A DNA stretch of 43,544 bases, from positions 1-43,544 of the forward strand of contig CAYNRH010000001.1 of the NCBI GenBank assembly GCA_964399605.1, in the 5' to 3' direction. Numbering within the stretch: position 1 is the stretch's first letter; every line of letters begins with the position of its first letter. The notes under the pieces were generated by a model. It did not search any database. It saw only the letters and a list, made by a program, of their open reading frames with translations, and had not been told where the DNA came from. Origin of the DNA: an uncultured archaeon (lineage in GTDB: Archaea > Aenigmatarchaeota > Aenigmatarchaeia > PWEA01 > JAGHBM01). The position numbers were made by a program, and so were the translations under genes. Of this stretch, positions 33,597-43,184 are shown piece by piece.

Positions 33597-33811
33597 CCAA
33601 TCCACCAATTTATCTAGGTTATTCATTTAATTAATAAAAATATATATTTAAAGATTTTATTCTAAAACCTTATCTCAAATCAAAGGTTGAAATTGTTTTC
33701 CTGCCTGAATCTTTCTTCATATTACGTTATTCATATATGACTACCTTTAGATAACAATTAACTTTATATAATAGTTTAACCAATATATTTACTATTAAAA
33801 GGTGACAACTT

Positions 33812-33934
33812 ATGGGAGAAATATATCCAACAGGAAAAATAAATACAAATGATGTATATAGAAATGGTTTGGAACTACCAAAAGACATTTTTGACAGATT
33901 TGGTATAAATCCATTGAGTCCATCTCAAGACTAA
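33812..33934 (+). CDS. unannotated 40-aa ORF, AbrB/SpoVT-like fragment (hypothetical)
   Basis: MGEIYPTGKINTNDVYRNGLELPKDIFDRFGINPLSPSQD. LELPKDIFDRFGINP recalls the AbrB/MazE swapped-hairpin motif. AAAGGTGA SD 7 nt upstream, and a long T-run (about 33946-33958) downstream. Confidence 0.3.
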   Translation: MGEIYPTGKINTNDVYRNGLELPKDIFDRFGINPLSPSQD

Positions 33935-34045
33935 TTTCCCCCACTTTTCTTTTTTTTATTAAACCTTCTAAAAACAGCTTCTTGATGCTTAAAAACACAA
34001 AGTTTATATATTTGTTTTGATTTATTATTATAGAGTTGTGATGAT

Positions 34046-34435
34046 ATGTGCAGAGCAATTGCTAAATGGAGAGCCAGAAAAAGTCAGATGAAAATAACAA
34101 TAGAAACACACGATTCAGAAATTGCTAGTAATATAGAAAAAGAAGCCGGCAAGAGAGGAATTGTAAAACCAGTGAAAAAATATGGAGACATTTACAGTAT
34201 TGAATTGAATGAGAGTGGGTATCTGAACGCTAGAGCAAACATAGATGGATTTGATATTTTTCCGCATCCAGATGAAATGAGAAAAGGAGATGAATACAAA
34301 ATCAGGCTTGAAGAATACGCAAACAACGAAAAAATAAGGAGAATAGGAATTGGAAATAGCGTTTTAAGAGAAGAACTTAGTGAAAGGGAAATAACCGACA
34401 TAATGAAAGAATCTAGCATATATCCAAGATTTTAA
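34046..34435 (+). CDS. hypothetical protein
   Basis: 129-aa ORF. ATG preceded by TGTGATGAT. No motif recognised. Its stop overlaps the infB stop by 4 nt (convergent). Confidence 0.5.
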   Translation: MCRAIAKWRARKSQMKITIETHDSEIASNIEKEAGKRGIVKPVKKYGDIYSIELNESGYLNARANIDGFDIFPHPDEMRKGDEYKIRLEEYANNEKIRRIGIGNSVLREELSEREITDIMKESSIYPRF

Positions 34436-36168
34436 ACTTCCATCTTTTTCTTTTTTATTATATCTTTTATCTCTTCCAATGTATCTATTTCGCTCTTTGA
34501 CAGCAAATCTCTCATTTCCTCAAGCTTTCTTATATTTTCCTTGCCCATTGCCGTGAACAGCTCGTCGCCCTCCTTTATCTGGCGCCCCACTGTTGCCCCG
34601 GAAATGGAAACAGCAAGCTTATCACCATACTTTGCTTCTGAGACATTGGAACCTTCCTTCTGAATTTGCTCTATCTTTCCTATGATCTTATCCCCTTTGA
34701 CAAGAGAGTATCCGGGCTTTACAACTCCTCCTGTAACTTCAACGCCAACAATTGCAGGATGGGATGCCCTGAAAACATATCCAGGAAGAATTTTCATCTT
34801 GCCTGGCCTTATAACTTCATCCAATTTTTCTCTTTTTATGTTGTTTTCTTCCTCTTCTTTCCATTTTTCATAGTCCTCTATAAGCTTGTAAATAACTGGG
34901 CTCTGAAATATTTTGACATCTTTTATCTCAAGCGCTTCTGGGAGAACCTGTACATTGAAAGCAAAAACAACCCTTTTCAATGTGTCGGATATGCAGCTCA
35001 TTTCCATGACATCTGCTCTTGTGACATTTCCTATCTTTGCTTTTTTTATTGGGATGTTGTTGTCTTGAAGAATCTTTATCATTCCTTCAAGGGAGCCAAG
35101 TGTATCTGCCTTTATCATAACTCCCTCCGCATCCTTATCAATTTCCACTGACTCCACTTCCTTTTTCAGTTCCTTCTTAAGCTTTTCCACATCTTCCTGT
35201 TTCCTGCACGTCCTGAAAGGCGAGCCCGCTACAACATCTTCCAGATTTGGAGCAGATATTTTTATCCCGGCTGCAGCGGAAACTTCATCAACAGTAGAGA
35301 ACTTCTTTTCAACCCTTATGTCGCCCAATTCTCTTGGTTTCAGTATGGACCTGACATTTGTAACTATTGGGGTTTCTCCGCCTATTATCAAATAATCTCC
35401 CTTACTTACGCTTCCGTCATAAAGAATTGCATCTATGGTTGTGCCCATTCCTTTGACTTCCTTGACTTCTAAAACAGTGCCAAAACCATTTTTCTCTTTT
35501 ATCTCCAACTTTTCACTTAAAAACTGCTGTGAAAGCCCAATCAAAACCATGAGGAGTTCCCCTATGCCCTCGCCGGTTATTCCGGAAACTGGAACTATGG
35601 CCACTGTATTCTTAAAATCAGTTACCCTGTCAAACCTTTCCGAGTTGTATCCCCTCTCACCCAAAGCGCCAACCATCTCGTATATTTTCGTGTCCAGCTC
35701 TCTTTTTACACTCTCGTTTTGTTTTTTAAAAGATTCCATAAAGGATTTTGTCTCTTGCCTTGCCCAGCCATTTATTCTATCTATCTTGTTTGCTGCAACA
35801 ACAAATGGCGTCTTAAATTCTTTAAGAAACGTTAGGCTTTCATCGGTCTGTGGCTGAAAATTTTCGTTTATATCAACAACCAAAATAGCCAAATCAGCTA
35901 TACTTCCGCCCCTTTTTCTAAGAGTTGTAAAAGCAGCGTGGCCGGGAGTATCTATGAAAAGCAGGCCGGGAATTTTTATTTTCTCTTCCTTAATCAAAGA
36001 ACCGCATATTTTTTTTATAACATCCCCTGAAACTTCGGTGGCCCCTATGTGCTGGGTTATGCCCCCGGCTTCACCTGCAGCCACTGTACTCTTTCTTATG
36101 CTATCCAGTATCGTGGTCTTGCCGTGGTCCACATGCCCCAAAACAGATATTATCGGCTGGCGAATCAT
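34432..36168 (-). CDS. infB: translation initiation factor aIF5B
   Basis: GHVDHGKTT, DTPGH, ANKID and the four-domain length (578 aa). Confidence 0.95.
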   Translation of the reverse strand: MIRQPIISVLGHVDHGKTTILDSIRKSTVAAGEAGGITQHIGATEVSGDVIKKICGSLIKEEKIKIPGLLFIDTPGHAAFTTLRKRGGSIADLAILVVDINENFQPQTDESLTFLKEFKTPFVVAANKIDRINGWARQETKSFMESFKKQNESVKRELDTKIYEMVGALGERGYNSERFDRVTDFKNTVAIVPVSGITGEGIGELLMVLIGLSQQFLSEKLEIKEKNGFGTVLEVKEVKGMGTTIDAILYDGSVSKGDYLIIGGETPIVTNVRSILKPRELGDIRVEKKFSTVDEVSAAAGIKISAPNLEDVVAGSPFRTCRKQEDVEKLKKELKKEVESVEIDKDAEGVMIKADTLGSLEGMIKILQDNNIPIKKAKIGNVTRADVMEMSCISDTLKRVVFAFNVQVLPEALEIKDVKIFQSPVIYKLIEDYEKWKEEEENNIKREKLDEVIRPGKMKILPGYVFRASHPAIVGVEVTGGVVKPGYSLVKGDKIIGKIEQIQKEGSNVSEAKYGDKLAVSISGATVGRQIKEGDELFTAMGKENIRKLEEMRDLLSKSEIDTLEEIKDIIKKKKMEV

Positions 36169-36218
36169 AAAAACACCTCTAATAGAATTGGTTCATATAT
36201 TATTTAAAAATTGAATGA

Positions 36219-36413
36219 CTATCCCCTATACAAAAAATGCTTCCAGAAGTATCTGAACCATGCAACGAGAAAGCCGGCAAATATTCCAATGAAAAAACAC
36301 ACAACGGATACTATTATTAAAAGCTGGTTTCCTGTTACAAAATTATGCAAGAAACTGAAAAAATCTGACAATGTTTTCAAAATATATACAAAAGCAAAAT
36401 AAAATGGATTCAT
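36219..36413 (-). CDS. small membrane protein (tandem paralogue b)
   Basis: 64 aa. GIFAGFLVAWFRYFWKHF parallels GFLIGFLLGWAKYFMKHW of the upstream ORF. Confidence 0.45.
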   Translation of the reverse strand: MNPFYFAFVYILKTLSDFFSFLHNFVTGNQLLIIVSVVCFFIGIFAGFLVAWFRYFWKHFLYRG

Positions 36414-36598
36414 TGTTTCTTACCCTCCTTATAAACCTCATCTTCCAGAATTCTCACAACTTTCCAATGCTTCATGAAATATTTGGCCCATCCCAGCAAA
36501 AACCCTATTAAAAATCCTGTAGTAAAGAAGACAGTAGCAAAAACAATAAACCAAAAGCTTGTTTCTATAACACTTAACAACTGGCTTTCTATAATCAT
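36410..36598 (-). CDS. small membrane protein (tandem paralogue a)
   Basis: 62 aa. 4-nt ATGA overlap with the next ORF, and a shared C-terminal aromatic/basic motif. Confidence 0.45.
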   Translation of the reverse strand: MIIESQLLSVIETSFWFIVFATVFFTTGFLIGFLLGWAKYFMKHWKVVRILEDEVYKEGKKQ

Positions 36599-36632
36599 CT
36601 AATAATATTATAATTCTACTTATAAAAAAAGT

Positions 36633-37301
36633 TTACTTGTTTTCAAAGTTTTTTATTGCTTCCATTATTTTTGAAAGCATAATCTCTAATGGCATATCTA
36701 TATAACCTTCGGGTATCTCATCCTTAGTGAATCCTATTTCAATTAGAATACCTCTGTTTTTGTAGTAATCTATTAAAGGCCCTACTCTCTTTTCATATTC
36801 TTCAAATCTTTTTTTAATTGTTTCTGGCTTGTCGTCTTCTCTCTGATACAGCTCTCCGCCACATTTGTCGCATATTCCATCAACCTTTGGTTTTAGAGTT
36901 CTTATGTTGTATATTGCCCCACACTTTTTGCAAACCCTTCTTGTTGACAGCCTCTCAATAATTATGTCCTCTGAAACAGAAAGATTGATGGCGATATCTA
37001 TTTTAGCAATTTTGTCAATTGCCTCTGCCTGCTCCCTGTTGTACGGCGAATCAAGTACAAACCCATCTTTACAGTCTGGTTGGGAAATTCTCTCTATTAT
37101 GGCTTTTGTGGAAATTTCATTTGGTATTGGTTTTCCTTCATTGTAATATTTTTCTGCCTCTATTCCCACTGGAGTTTTCTCTGCTATGGCTTTTCTTATT
37201 ATATCCCCGGTTCCTATGTGAGGTATCCCGAGCTTTGGTGCAACTCTTGAAGCATAAGTACCCTTTCCAGAACCAGGCGGACCCAAAAACACTAACCTCA
37301 T
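36633..37301 (-). CDS. adk: adenylate kinase, long-lid (bacterial-type) with zinc-binding lid
   Basis: GPPGSGKGT P-loop, lid CKKCG...CDKCGG...QREDD; 222 aa. Confidence 0.9.
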   Translation of the reverse strand: MRLVFLGPPGSGKGTYASRVAPKLGIPHIGTGDIIRKAIAEKTPVGIEAEKYYNEGKPIPNEISTKAIIERISQPDCKDGFVLDSPYNREQAEAIDKIAKIDIAINLSVSEDIIIERLSTRRVCKKCGAIYNIRTLKPKVDGICDKCGGELYQREDDKPETIKKRFEEYEKRVGPLIDYYKNRGILIEIGFTKDEIPEGYIDMPLEIMLSKIMEAIKNFENK

Positions 37302-37480
37302 TCTTCCTTACCTCTCAACTTTCTGCTCACCCTTGTCCACTTTCTCTTTCTTGGGTCTCTCTTCATCATGAAATTTTTTTCGCATTTTGAAGAGCAAAAG
37401 CTGTATATCGTTCCATCTTTCTTAACGAAAAGCCTTGCCCTTCCTTCTAAAATATCCCCACCACAATAAGAACATTTCAT
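37298..37480 (-). CDS. rpl24e: 50S ribosomal protein L24e
   Basis: MKCSYCGGDI...FCSSKCEKNF zinc-binding eL24 fold, 60 aa. Confidence 0.9.
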   Translation of the reverse strand: MKCSYCGGDILEGRARLFVKKDGTIYSFCSSKCEKNFMMKRDPRKRKWTRVSRKLRGKEE

Positions 37481-37485
37481 ATTTA

Positions 37486-37710
37486 TTACCTGCCGAATTT
37501 TCCAGAGCTTTCCATTTCAGTCTCTCTTAACATTAGAACATCACCTTCCCTCACGGGACCCATGACATTCCTTTGAAGAATTTTTCCTTTATCCCTTCCA
37601 TCAAGAACTCTACATCTGACTACGGATACTCCCTTTACCCCGCTTCTGCCCAAAATCTTGACGATTTCTGCTGGAACGGCATCACTAGCTTTTTCAGTTT
37701 CCTTTGGCAT
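37486..37710 (-). CDS. rps28e: 30S ribosomal protein S28e
   Basis: [52 protein letters not shown] is a typical eS28 OB fold. Confidence 0.9.
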   Translation of the reverse strand: MPKETEKASDAVPAEIVKILGRSGVKGVSVVRCRVLDGRDKGKILQRNVMGPVREGDVLMLRETEMESSGKFGR

Positions 37711-37723
37711 AAACTACACCCAT

Positions 37724-38272
37724 TTATTTTTTGGATTCAGAAGACTCTTTCTTGGATGCTTCCTTTGATTCCTTCTTGGATTTTTCTTTTGGTTCTGTTT
37801 TCTTGGCCACTTTTTTTGGTTTCTCTACATCCTCTTCCTTTTTGGTTTCCTCTTTTGCCTCTTTCTCCTTCTCTTCCCTTTTCTCTTCTTTTTCGGGTTC
37901 TTTTTTCTCTACCTTTTCCTCAGCTTTCTTTTTCTCTTCTTTTCCTTTTCCAAGTATTTCATCCAATATTTTCTTAGCATCTCCGGATTTAACAATAGCA
38001 ACAGAAGCGCATCTTACATCTATGCCTGCTGCCCTTCCAAGCTCATCTTTGTTCTTTGTGTAAACATATGGTATGTTTTTTTCTTCACAAAGAGGGGGAA
38101 GGTGCATAACAACTTCAGGCGGGTCAACATCTTTTGCTATGACAACTAATTCTGCGTCGCCCTTCTCTATTGCTTTTGTGGTTTCATTTGTTCCCTTTCT
38201 AACATATCCTGTTGCTCTTGCGGTCTCCACTGCTTCCAAAATTTTGTTGTTGAGTTCATCGGATATTTCCAT
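37724..38272 (-). CDS. rpl7ae: 50S ribosomal protein L7Ae with an approximately 70-aa Lys/Glu-rich C-terminal extension
   Basis: [48 protein letters not shown] core. ATG at 38272 (the track's GTG lies inside GAGGTGA). Tail [28 protein letters not shown]... Confidence 0.9.
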   Translation of the reverse strand: MEISDELNNKILEAVETARATGYVRKGTNETTKAIEKGDAELVVIAKDVDPPEVVMHLPPLCEEKNIPYVYTKNKDELGRAAGIDVRCASVAIVKSGDAKKILDEILGKGKEEKKKAEEKVEKKEPEKEEKREEKEKEAKEETKKEEDVEKPKKVAKKTEPKEKSKKESKEASKKESSESKK

Positions 38273-38414
38273 ATTTTTCACCTCTTAAAGTATGAATTAA
38301 TTTGTATATATATTTGCAACCTATTTAAAAGTTTTGCTTCCTATTTAAATAGACTATATGCTCTTAATTTTTTCATAATAGTCTTTTTATAGCTTTGTTT
38401 TTTTTATATATTCT

Positions 38415-38811
38415 ATGCCAGAAACTGATGTCCTGCATTTTTTAGAAAACGAAGAAAAAAACATAAAATTTGTCAACATTCTTTTCCCTGATATTATTGG
38501 TGAATTAAGGGGATTTTCAATACCTTCTTCTGAGGTGGAGTCTGCATTCAAGGATGGAAAGGGGTTTGATGGCTCTTCCATAAACGGCCTTGTAAGGATT
38601 GAAGAAAGCGATTTAGTGGCAAGGCCAGACCCAAATACTTTTAAGGTTTTTCCTTGGGAGTTTGGTAAGAAAAACTTTGGGTGAACATATTTTCCAAAAA
38701 TTTGTAGAAAACAAAAAATTAGAAACAAAAATTTACAGAAGGGAAGTAGGTCAAAAATATGACAAAAGCGTAAGCCCATTTGAAATAAAAAATTATTTAC
38801 CAAGGCTTTAG
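38415..38811 (+). pseudogene. glnA: glutamine synthetase remnant with internal deletion of the catalytic core
   Basis: An 89-codon ORF equals the GS N-terminal beta-grasp domain (NIKFVNILFPDIIG...FDGSSINGLVRIEESDLVARPDPNTFKVFPW). After a +1 shift at about 38670-38685, the reading KTLGEHIFQKFVENKKLETKIYRREVGQKYDKSVSPFEIKNYLPRL* equals the extreme GS C-terminus. About 330 codons between are absent. Confidence 0.8.
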
Positions 38812-38843
38812 TTTATTTATTTGGCTTTTTACATAATTTTTTC

Positions 38844-40295
38844 ATGAAAAAAGTTCTCCTTATAGTTTTAGATGGCTGGGGATTAAGAAATTGCAAGAAA
38901 GGAAATGCCGTCAAACTTGCAAAGACGCCAAACTTTGATTATTTCTGGAAAAATTATCCACACACAAAATTAAACGCATCGGGAGAATCTGTCGGCCTGC
39001 CAAAAAAAACACTTGGTGGAAGCGAAGTTGGGCACCTGCACATAGGCGCAGGAAGAATAGTAAAGCAGATGCTGACAAGGATAAATGAAAGCATATGTGA
39101 TGGAAGTTTTTTCAAAAAGGAAAAACTAAGAAAAAGCATTTTAAGGTGCAAAAAAGAGAAATCGTCTCTTCACTTGATGGGACTTCTCTCAGACGCTGGC
39201 GTCCATTCACACATAAACCATCTCTTTGCTCTTTTAAAGGCAGCAAAAAAATACGGGCTGAAAAAAAACCAAGTTAAAATTCATTGCTTCTTAGATGGGA
39301 GAGACACCCCACCAAAAAGTGCCAAGATATATCTGAATCTCCTAAAAAAAGAAATTAAAAAAATCGGCGTTGGAGAAATAGCAACCATATCAGGCAGGTA
39401 TTATGCAATGGACAGGGACAAGAGATGGGACAGAACAAAAAAAGCATTTAACGCTATACTTGGAAAAGGTCCAAGAGCAAAAAATCCGGAGGAAGCCTTA
39501 AAAAAATCATACAAAAGAGGAGAAGCAGACGAGTTTGTAAAGCCTATTGTAATTGAAAATTACAATGGATTAAACAAAAAAGATTCCCTTATTCTTTTCA
39601 ACTTCCGTTCAGACAGGATGAAACAGCTGACATCCCTTCTCATAAAGGTAAACAGCAATGTGCTTACAATGGTCAATTATTCCAAAACGTTAAAAGCAGT
39701 ATATCTGTTCAAGGAAGAAATTGTAAAAGACTCGCTGGGTGAAGTGATAAGCAAAAAAGGTTTGAAACAGTTGAGGATAGCAGAAAGTGAAAAGGGTCCC
39801 CATGTGACCTATTTCTTCAGCGGTGAAAGGGAAAAGCCATTTCCTGGAGAAAAAAGAATAATAATACCATCTCCAAAAGTTGCCACTTATGACTTAAAGC
39901 CTGAGATGAGCGCCTACAAAATAACAAAAGAATTGTTGAAAAACCTCAGATACGACTTCATTCTTTTAAACTTCGCAAACGGCGACATGGTGGGGCACAC
40001 AGGAAATTTAAAGGCGACCATAAAAGGTGTGGAAGATGTAGATGAGTGCCTGGGAAAAATTTACAGCGCAGCCAAAGATTATACAATAATCATAACAGCT
40101 GACCATGGGAACTGCGAGGACATGATAGGGAAATCAAAGACAGCACACACACTTAACAAAGTTCCATTCATTCTTGTGGACGGGAGATACAAAAGCAAAA
40201 AATTAAAAGAAGGTTCTTTGTTTAACATAGCGCCAACCATTTTAAAAATAATGGGAATAAAAAAACCAGTGGTCATGAATAAAGACTTATTCTAA
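38844..40295 (+). CDS. gpmI: 2,3-bisphosphoglycerate-independent phosphoglycerate mutase (GpmI type)
   Basis: LIVLDGWG, GGSEVGHLHIGAGR, SGRYYAMDRDKRWDR, ITADHGNCE. Confidence 0.9.
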   Translation: MKKVLLIVLDGWGLRNCKKGNAVKLAKTPNFDYFWKNYPHTKLNASGESVGLPKKTLGGSEVGHLHIGAGRIVKQMLTRINESICDGSFFKKEKLRKSILRCKKEKSSLHLMGLLSDAGVHSHINHLFALLKAAKKYGLKKNQVKIHCFLDGRDTPPKSAKIYLNLLKKEIKKIGVGEIATISGRYYAMDRDKRWDRTKKAFNAILGKGPRAKNPEEALKKSYKRGEADEFVKPIVIENYNGLNKKDSLILFNFRSDRMKQLTSLLIKVNSNVLTMVNYSKTLKAVYLFKEEIVKDSLGEVISKKGLKQLRIAESEKGPHVTYFFSGEREKPFPGEKRIIIPSPKVATYDLKPEMSAYKITKELLKNLRYDFILLNFANGDMVGHTGNLKATIKGVEDVDECLGKIYSAAKDYTIIITADHGNCEDMIGKSKTAHTLNKVPFILVDGRYKSKKLKEGSLFNIAPTILKIMGIKKPVVMNKDLF

Positions 40296-41951
40296 CTGTT
40301 CCAGTATCTCTCTAACCCTTTCCTTTCCCACTGCCAGAATAAATTGTGCTGCCCTTGGACCGCTCCCCTTTCCTATTAATATCCTGTAAAAGTATTCAAA
40401 AAACTTTCTTACATCACCAGATGCTTTGGCTATATCATAAATTTTGTTTTGAAGCTCCTCATATGTCCAATCCTTCTTGAGCTCTTTAGACAACTTTAAG
40501 AATGCTTCCCTTTGTTCTTCTGGAATCTTTTGCTTTATTTCTTTGGGTAATTTATTTTGGATTTGAATTTTCATATTATCCTGCGCATACCTCTTTACCC
40601 ATTCCTTTGCCGTCAAAAGCCTGCCTCTTATTCTTTCCTCATCCTCCTTTGATATGCCATTCTTTATGTGCCCCGTGTTTTTTAACAAGTCAATTATTTT
40701 TTCCATAGATTTGTCTAAATTGTATATCTGACTCAAAAAAACTGCAAATGAAAATGGCAGCTGCACCGGAAGTTTCTCCGGAATTTTCCCTATCTCAACC
40801 ATCTCATAAAGTCTTTTTAAATGAGCTTTCTCTTTTTCATTTTCCACTTTTTCCGCACCAAAATAAATCCGCTGTAATTTGTCGTACTCATCCACATAAT
40901 CGGGTATTTTCTGATAAGAAAAGTCCCTCACTTTCCTGAGCTTCTTTAAAAATATTAGCCTGAGAATCTGCGGAGGCGCGAATTTTGGCCAGTCCCAAGT
41001 CGAGACAACATTTCCAACTGAAGCAGACATCTTTTTTCCGTCTATTGTCAGGTACTCGTATGGTTGCAAAGGATTTTCAGATGGATGCGGCTCGGGCCAC
41101 CCTAGAATTTTTTCGGCAATTTCTCCAGCTGTCCAGAATGAACCGGTGGGCATAAAATGCTCTTTTCCTGCACCTTCAAAAGATATTTTCCATGCAGCCC
41201 ATTCCACTGCCCACTCTGCCCTCCATAAAAGTTTGCCGTTTCCATCCTTGAACTTGCTTTCTCCTTCATATCCGCAGCCTGGAACCTTTGTATAGGCATC
41301 TTTTCCATACTCCTTAAACTCGTAGTCCTGACAAACGTACCTCACTCCATTCTCATCATAATCCTTAACAACAGTCGTCATTATTCTCCCACAATTTTCA
41401 CAGACAGGCTTCCATGGCGTCCACTTTTCTGGAAGTGGTGTTTCTCTGGATTTATTCCATATCTCTCTCACCAAATCAAGATTCTTCATAATTTTTTTAA
41501 TATAAGGATTAAATTCCCCAGAACGATAAGCCTTGTCAGTACTCTTGAATATTAAGTCCACCCCAAAATTTTCCTTGAGGCTTTTCACAAAAAGATTTGA
41601 GAAATGCTCGGTATAACTTCCACAGCAGTTTTCAGGGCACGGTATATCTGCTACTGGCATTCCAAGATATTTTTTAAATTCTTTTGGTATTCCCACCGGA
41701 ACTTTCCTCAGGGCATCCATGTTCTCGGCAACCCAGTAAAGAACAACTTCCTTTCCCATATCCTTTAAGGCCCTGAATAATGCGTCATGTCTTATAACAT
41801 CGGATGCGTTGCCTATATGTGGAACCCCCGATATGGAAGTAGAACTCTTTATGAAATATTTGCTTACTTGTGGCACTTCTTTATCTACATAGTTAAATTT
41901 TTTTCTATTTACTATATCTTTTGCCAGAGTATCAGCCCAATATACAGACAT
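40287..41951 (-). CDS. lysK: lysyl-tRNA synthetase, class I
   Basis: Class I HIGN (GVPHIGNASD) and KMSAS (KMSKS variant); 554 aa with the class I LysRS layout. Confidence 0.9.
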   Translation of the reverse strand: MSVYWADTLAKDIVNRKKFNYVDKEVPQVSKYFIKSSTSISGVPHIGNASDVIRHDALFRALKDMGKEVVLYWVAENMDALRKVPVGIPKEFKKYLGMPVADIPCPENCCGSYTEHFSNLFVKSLKENFGVDLIFKSTDKAYRSGEFNPYIKKIMKNLDLVREIWNKSRETPLPEKWTPWKPVCENCGRIMTTVVKDYDENGVRYVCQDYEFKEYGKDAYTKVPGCGYEGESKFKDGNGKLLWRAEWAVEWAAWKISFEGAGKEHFMPTGSFWTAGEIAEKILGWPEPHPSENPLQPYEYLTIDGKKMSASVGNVVSTWDWPKFAPPQILRLIFLKKLRKVRDFSYQKIPDYVDEYDKLQRIYFGAEKVENEKEKAHLKRLYEMVEIGKIPEKLPVQLPFSFAVFLSQIYNLDKSMEKIIDLLKNTGHIKNGISKEDEERIRGRLLTAKEWVKRYAQDNMKIQIQNKLPKEIKQKIPEEQREAFLKLSKELKKDWTYEELQNKIYDIAKASGDVRKFFEYFYRILIGKGSGPRAAQFILAVGKERVREILEQLE

Positions 41952-41989
41952 ACTTTAACTATTTAAATGAGAATTAATAAATCTTTGGC

Positions 41990-43180
41990 ATGGATTGGTA
42001 CTTAATTTCATTTTTTGTTTTTATTGGAATTGTTGCTATTCTCATTTATAAAAACAGAAAGAAAATCACGCAAAAATACTACATCTTTTACAGGTATGAC
42101 ACCGAAAAGGGTAAGAAATTAATTGACAGGATTGCAAAGTGGAATCCAAAATTCTGGAGAATTTTTGGCTCCATTGGTGTTTTCGTGGGTTTTTGTGGCA
42201 TGCTCTTTGCAATTTTATACATCTCAAACTCTTACATAATTTATTTAACAAGGCCAGAACTCTTTGTCCCAAGTGTGAGCCTTGTAATACCAATACCATT
42301 TGAAAACATAGCATTCGTCCCTGGTTTTTTAGGAGTTCCGTTCTGGTACTGGATAATACCCATAGCCATTTTAATTTTCTTCCACGAAGGAATGCACGGG
42401 ATAATGGCAAGATTAGAAGGAATAAGAATAAAAACTCTGGGGTTGTTTCTACTTGCCTTCATTCCGGGAGCATTTGTTGAGCCGGATGAAAAACAAGTGA
42501 AAAAAGCAAACTGGAAAGCAAAATTGAGAATTTTTGCAGCCGGGAGTTATGCCAACATTTTGATCGGCTTGGCATTTTTGATAATTTTAAATACTGTCTA
42601 TCTGCCTGCATTCTATCAGGATACTGTCGGCTTTAGCGGTTACACTGTTTTGGAGAATGGAACAGAACTTCCAGCCCAGTTAAACAACCTTACAGGAGCG
42701 TTATATTCTATAAACGGGGAGAGGATTCAATCAGTGCAGGACCTTGCCTTGGTGATGAATAAAACCAAGCCGGGAGAAACTTTGCACATAAAAACAGTTA
42801 AAGGAAGTTTGCTTGCCCCTGTTATAGACAAAATAATTATGAAAAACACAGAATTCAAAGACTACGAAATCAAAACTGCTGACATTGGTGGAAGACCTGT
42901 TATTGGCATTTCACATTTTTCAGACGTTAAAATTTTAAAAAATGATGTCACCAATCCAGAATTAATCAACTTCCTAACAGGGATATTGGCATGGATATGC
43001 ATACTTAACATCGGAGTTGGAATAGTTAATATGTTGCCTATAAAGCCGTTGGATGGTGGGCTTATGATAGAAACGCTTGCCGAGAGATTTGCTCCTAAAT
43101 ATAAAAGGGTTTTAACAAGAATTATAAGTGCATTCTTCTTAGTGCTTTTGTTAGGAAACTTTTTGATAGGGTTCCTGTAA
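41990..43180 (+). CDS. site-2 protease (peptidase M50) with PDZ-like insert
   Basis: HEGMHG (HExxH) in a TM helix, NMLPIKPLDGG (NxxPxxxLDG), and a soluble insert between them. Confidence 0.85.
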   Translation: MDWYLISFFVFIGIVAILIYKNRKKITQKYYIFYRYDTEKGKKLIDRIAKWNPKFWRIFGSIGVFVGFCGMLFAILYISNSYIIYLTRPELFVPSVSLVIPIPFENIAFVPGFLGVPFWYWIIPIAILIFFHEGMHGIMARLEGIRIKTLGLFLLAFIPGAFVEPDEKQVKKANWKAKLRIFAAGSYANILIGLAFLIILNTVYLPAFYQDTVGFSGYTVLENGTELPAQLNNLTGALYSINGERIQSVQDLALVMNKTKPGETLHIKTVKGSLLAPVIDKIIMKNTEFKDYEIKTADIGGRPVIGISHFSDVKILKNDVTNPELINFLTGILAWICILNIGVGIVNMLPIKPLDGGLMIETLAERFAPKYKRVLTRIISAFFLVLLLGNFLIGFL

Positions 43181-43184
43181 AAAT

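Noticed and set aside
33810-34058. 82-aa minus-strand ORF in the rps6e-upstream spacer.
   Set aside because: It has no SD and spans AT-rich promoter-like DNA. It is antisense to the SD-led 40-aa ORF and overlaps the start of the 34046 gene.
38273-38414. A K-turn autoregulatory element in the rpl7ae leader or early coding region (GUGA in the SD, GAUGA at codons 5-7, AUAU-GGAA-AUAU hairpin between).
   Set aside because: I could not build a canonical C-stem, 3-nt bulge and tandem G.A arrangement from these pieces by hand. It needs a covariance-model or folding test before being claimed.
38387-38803. 138-aa minus-strand ORF.
   Set aside because: It is antisense to the glnA remnant, whose plus-strand translation matches GS termini unmistakably.
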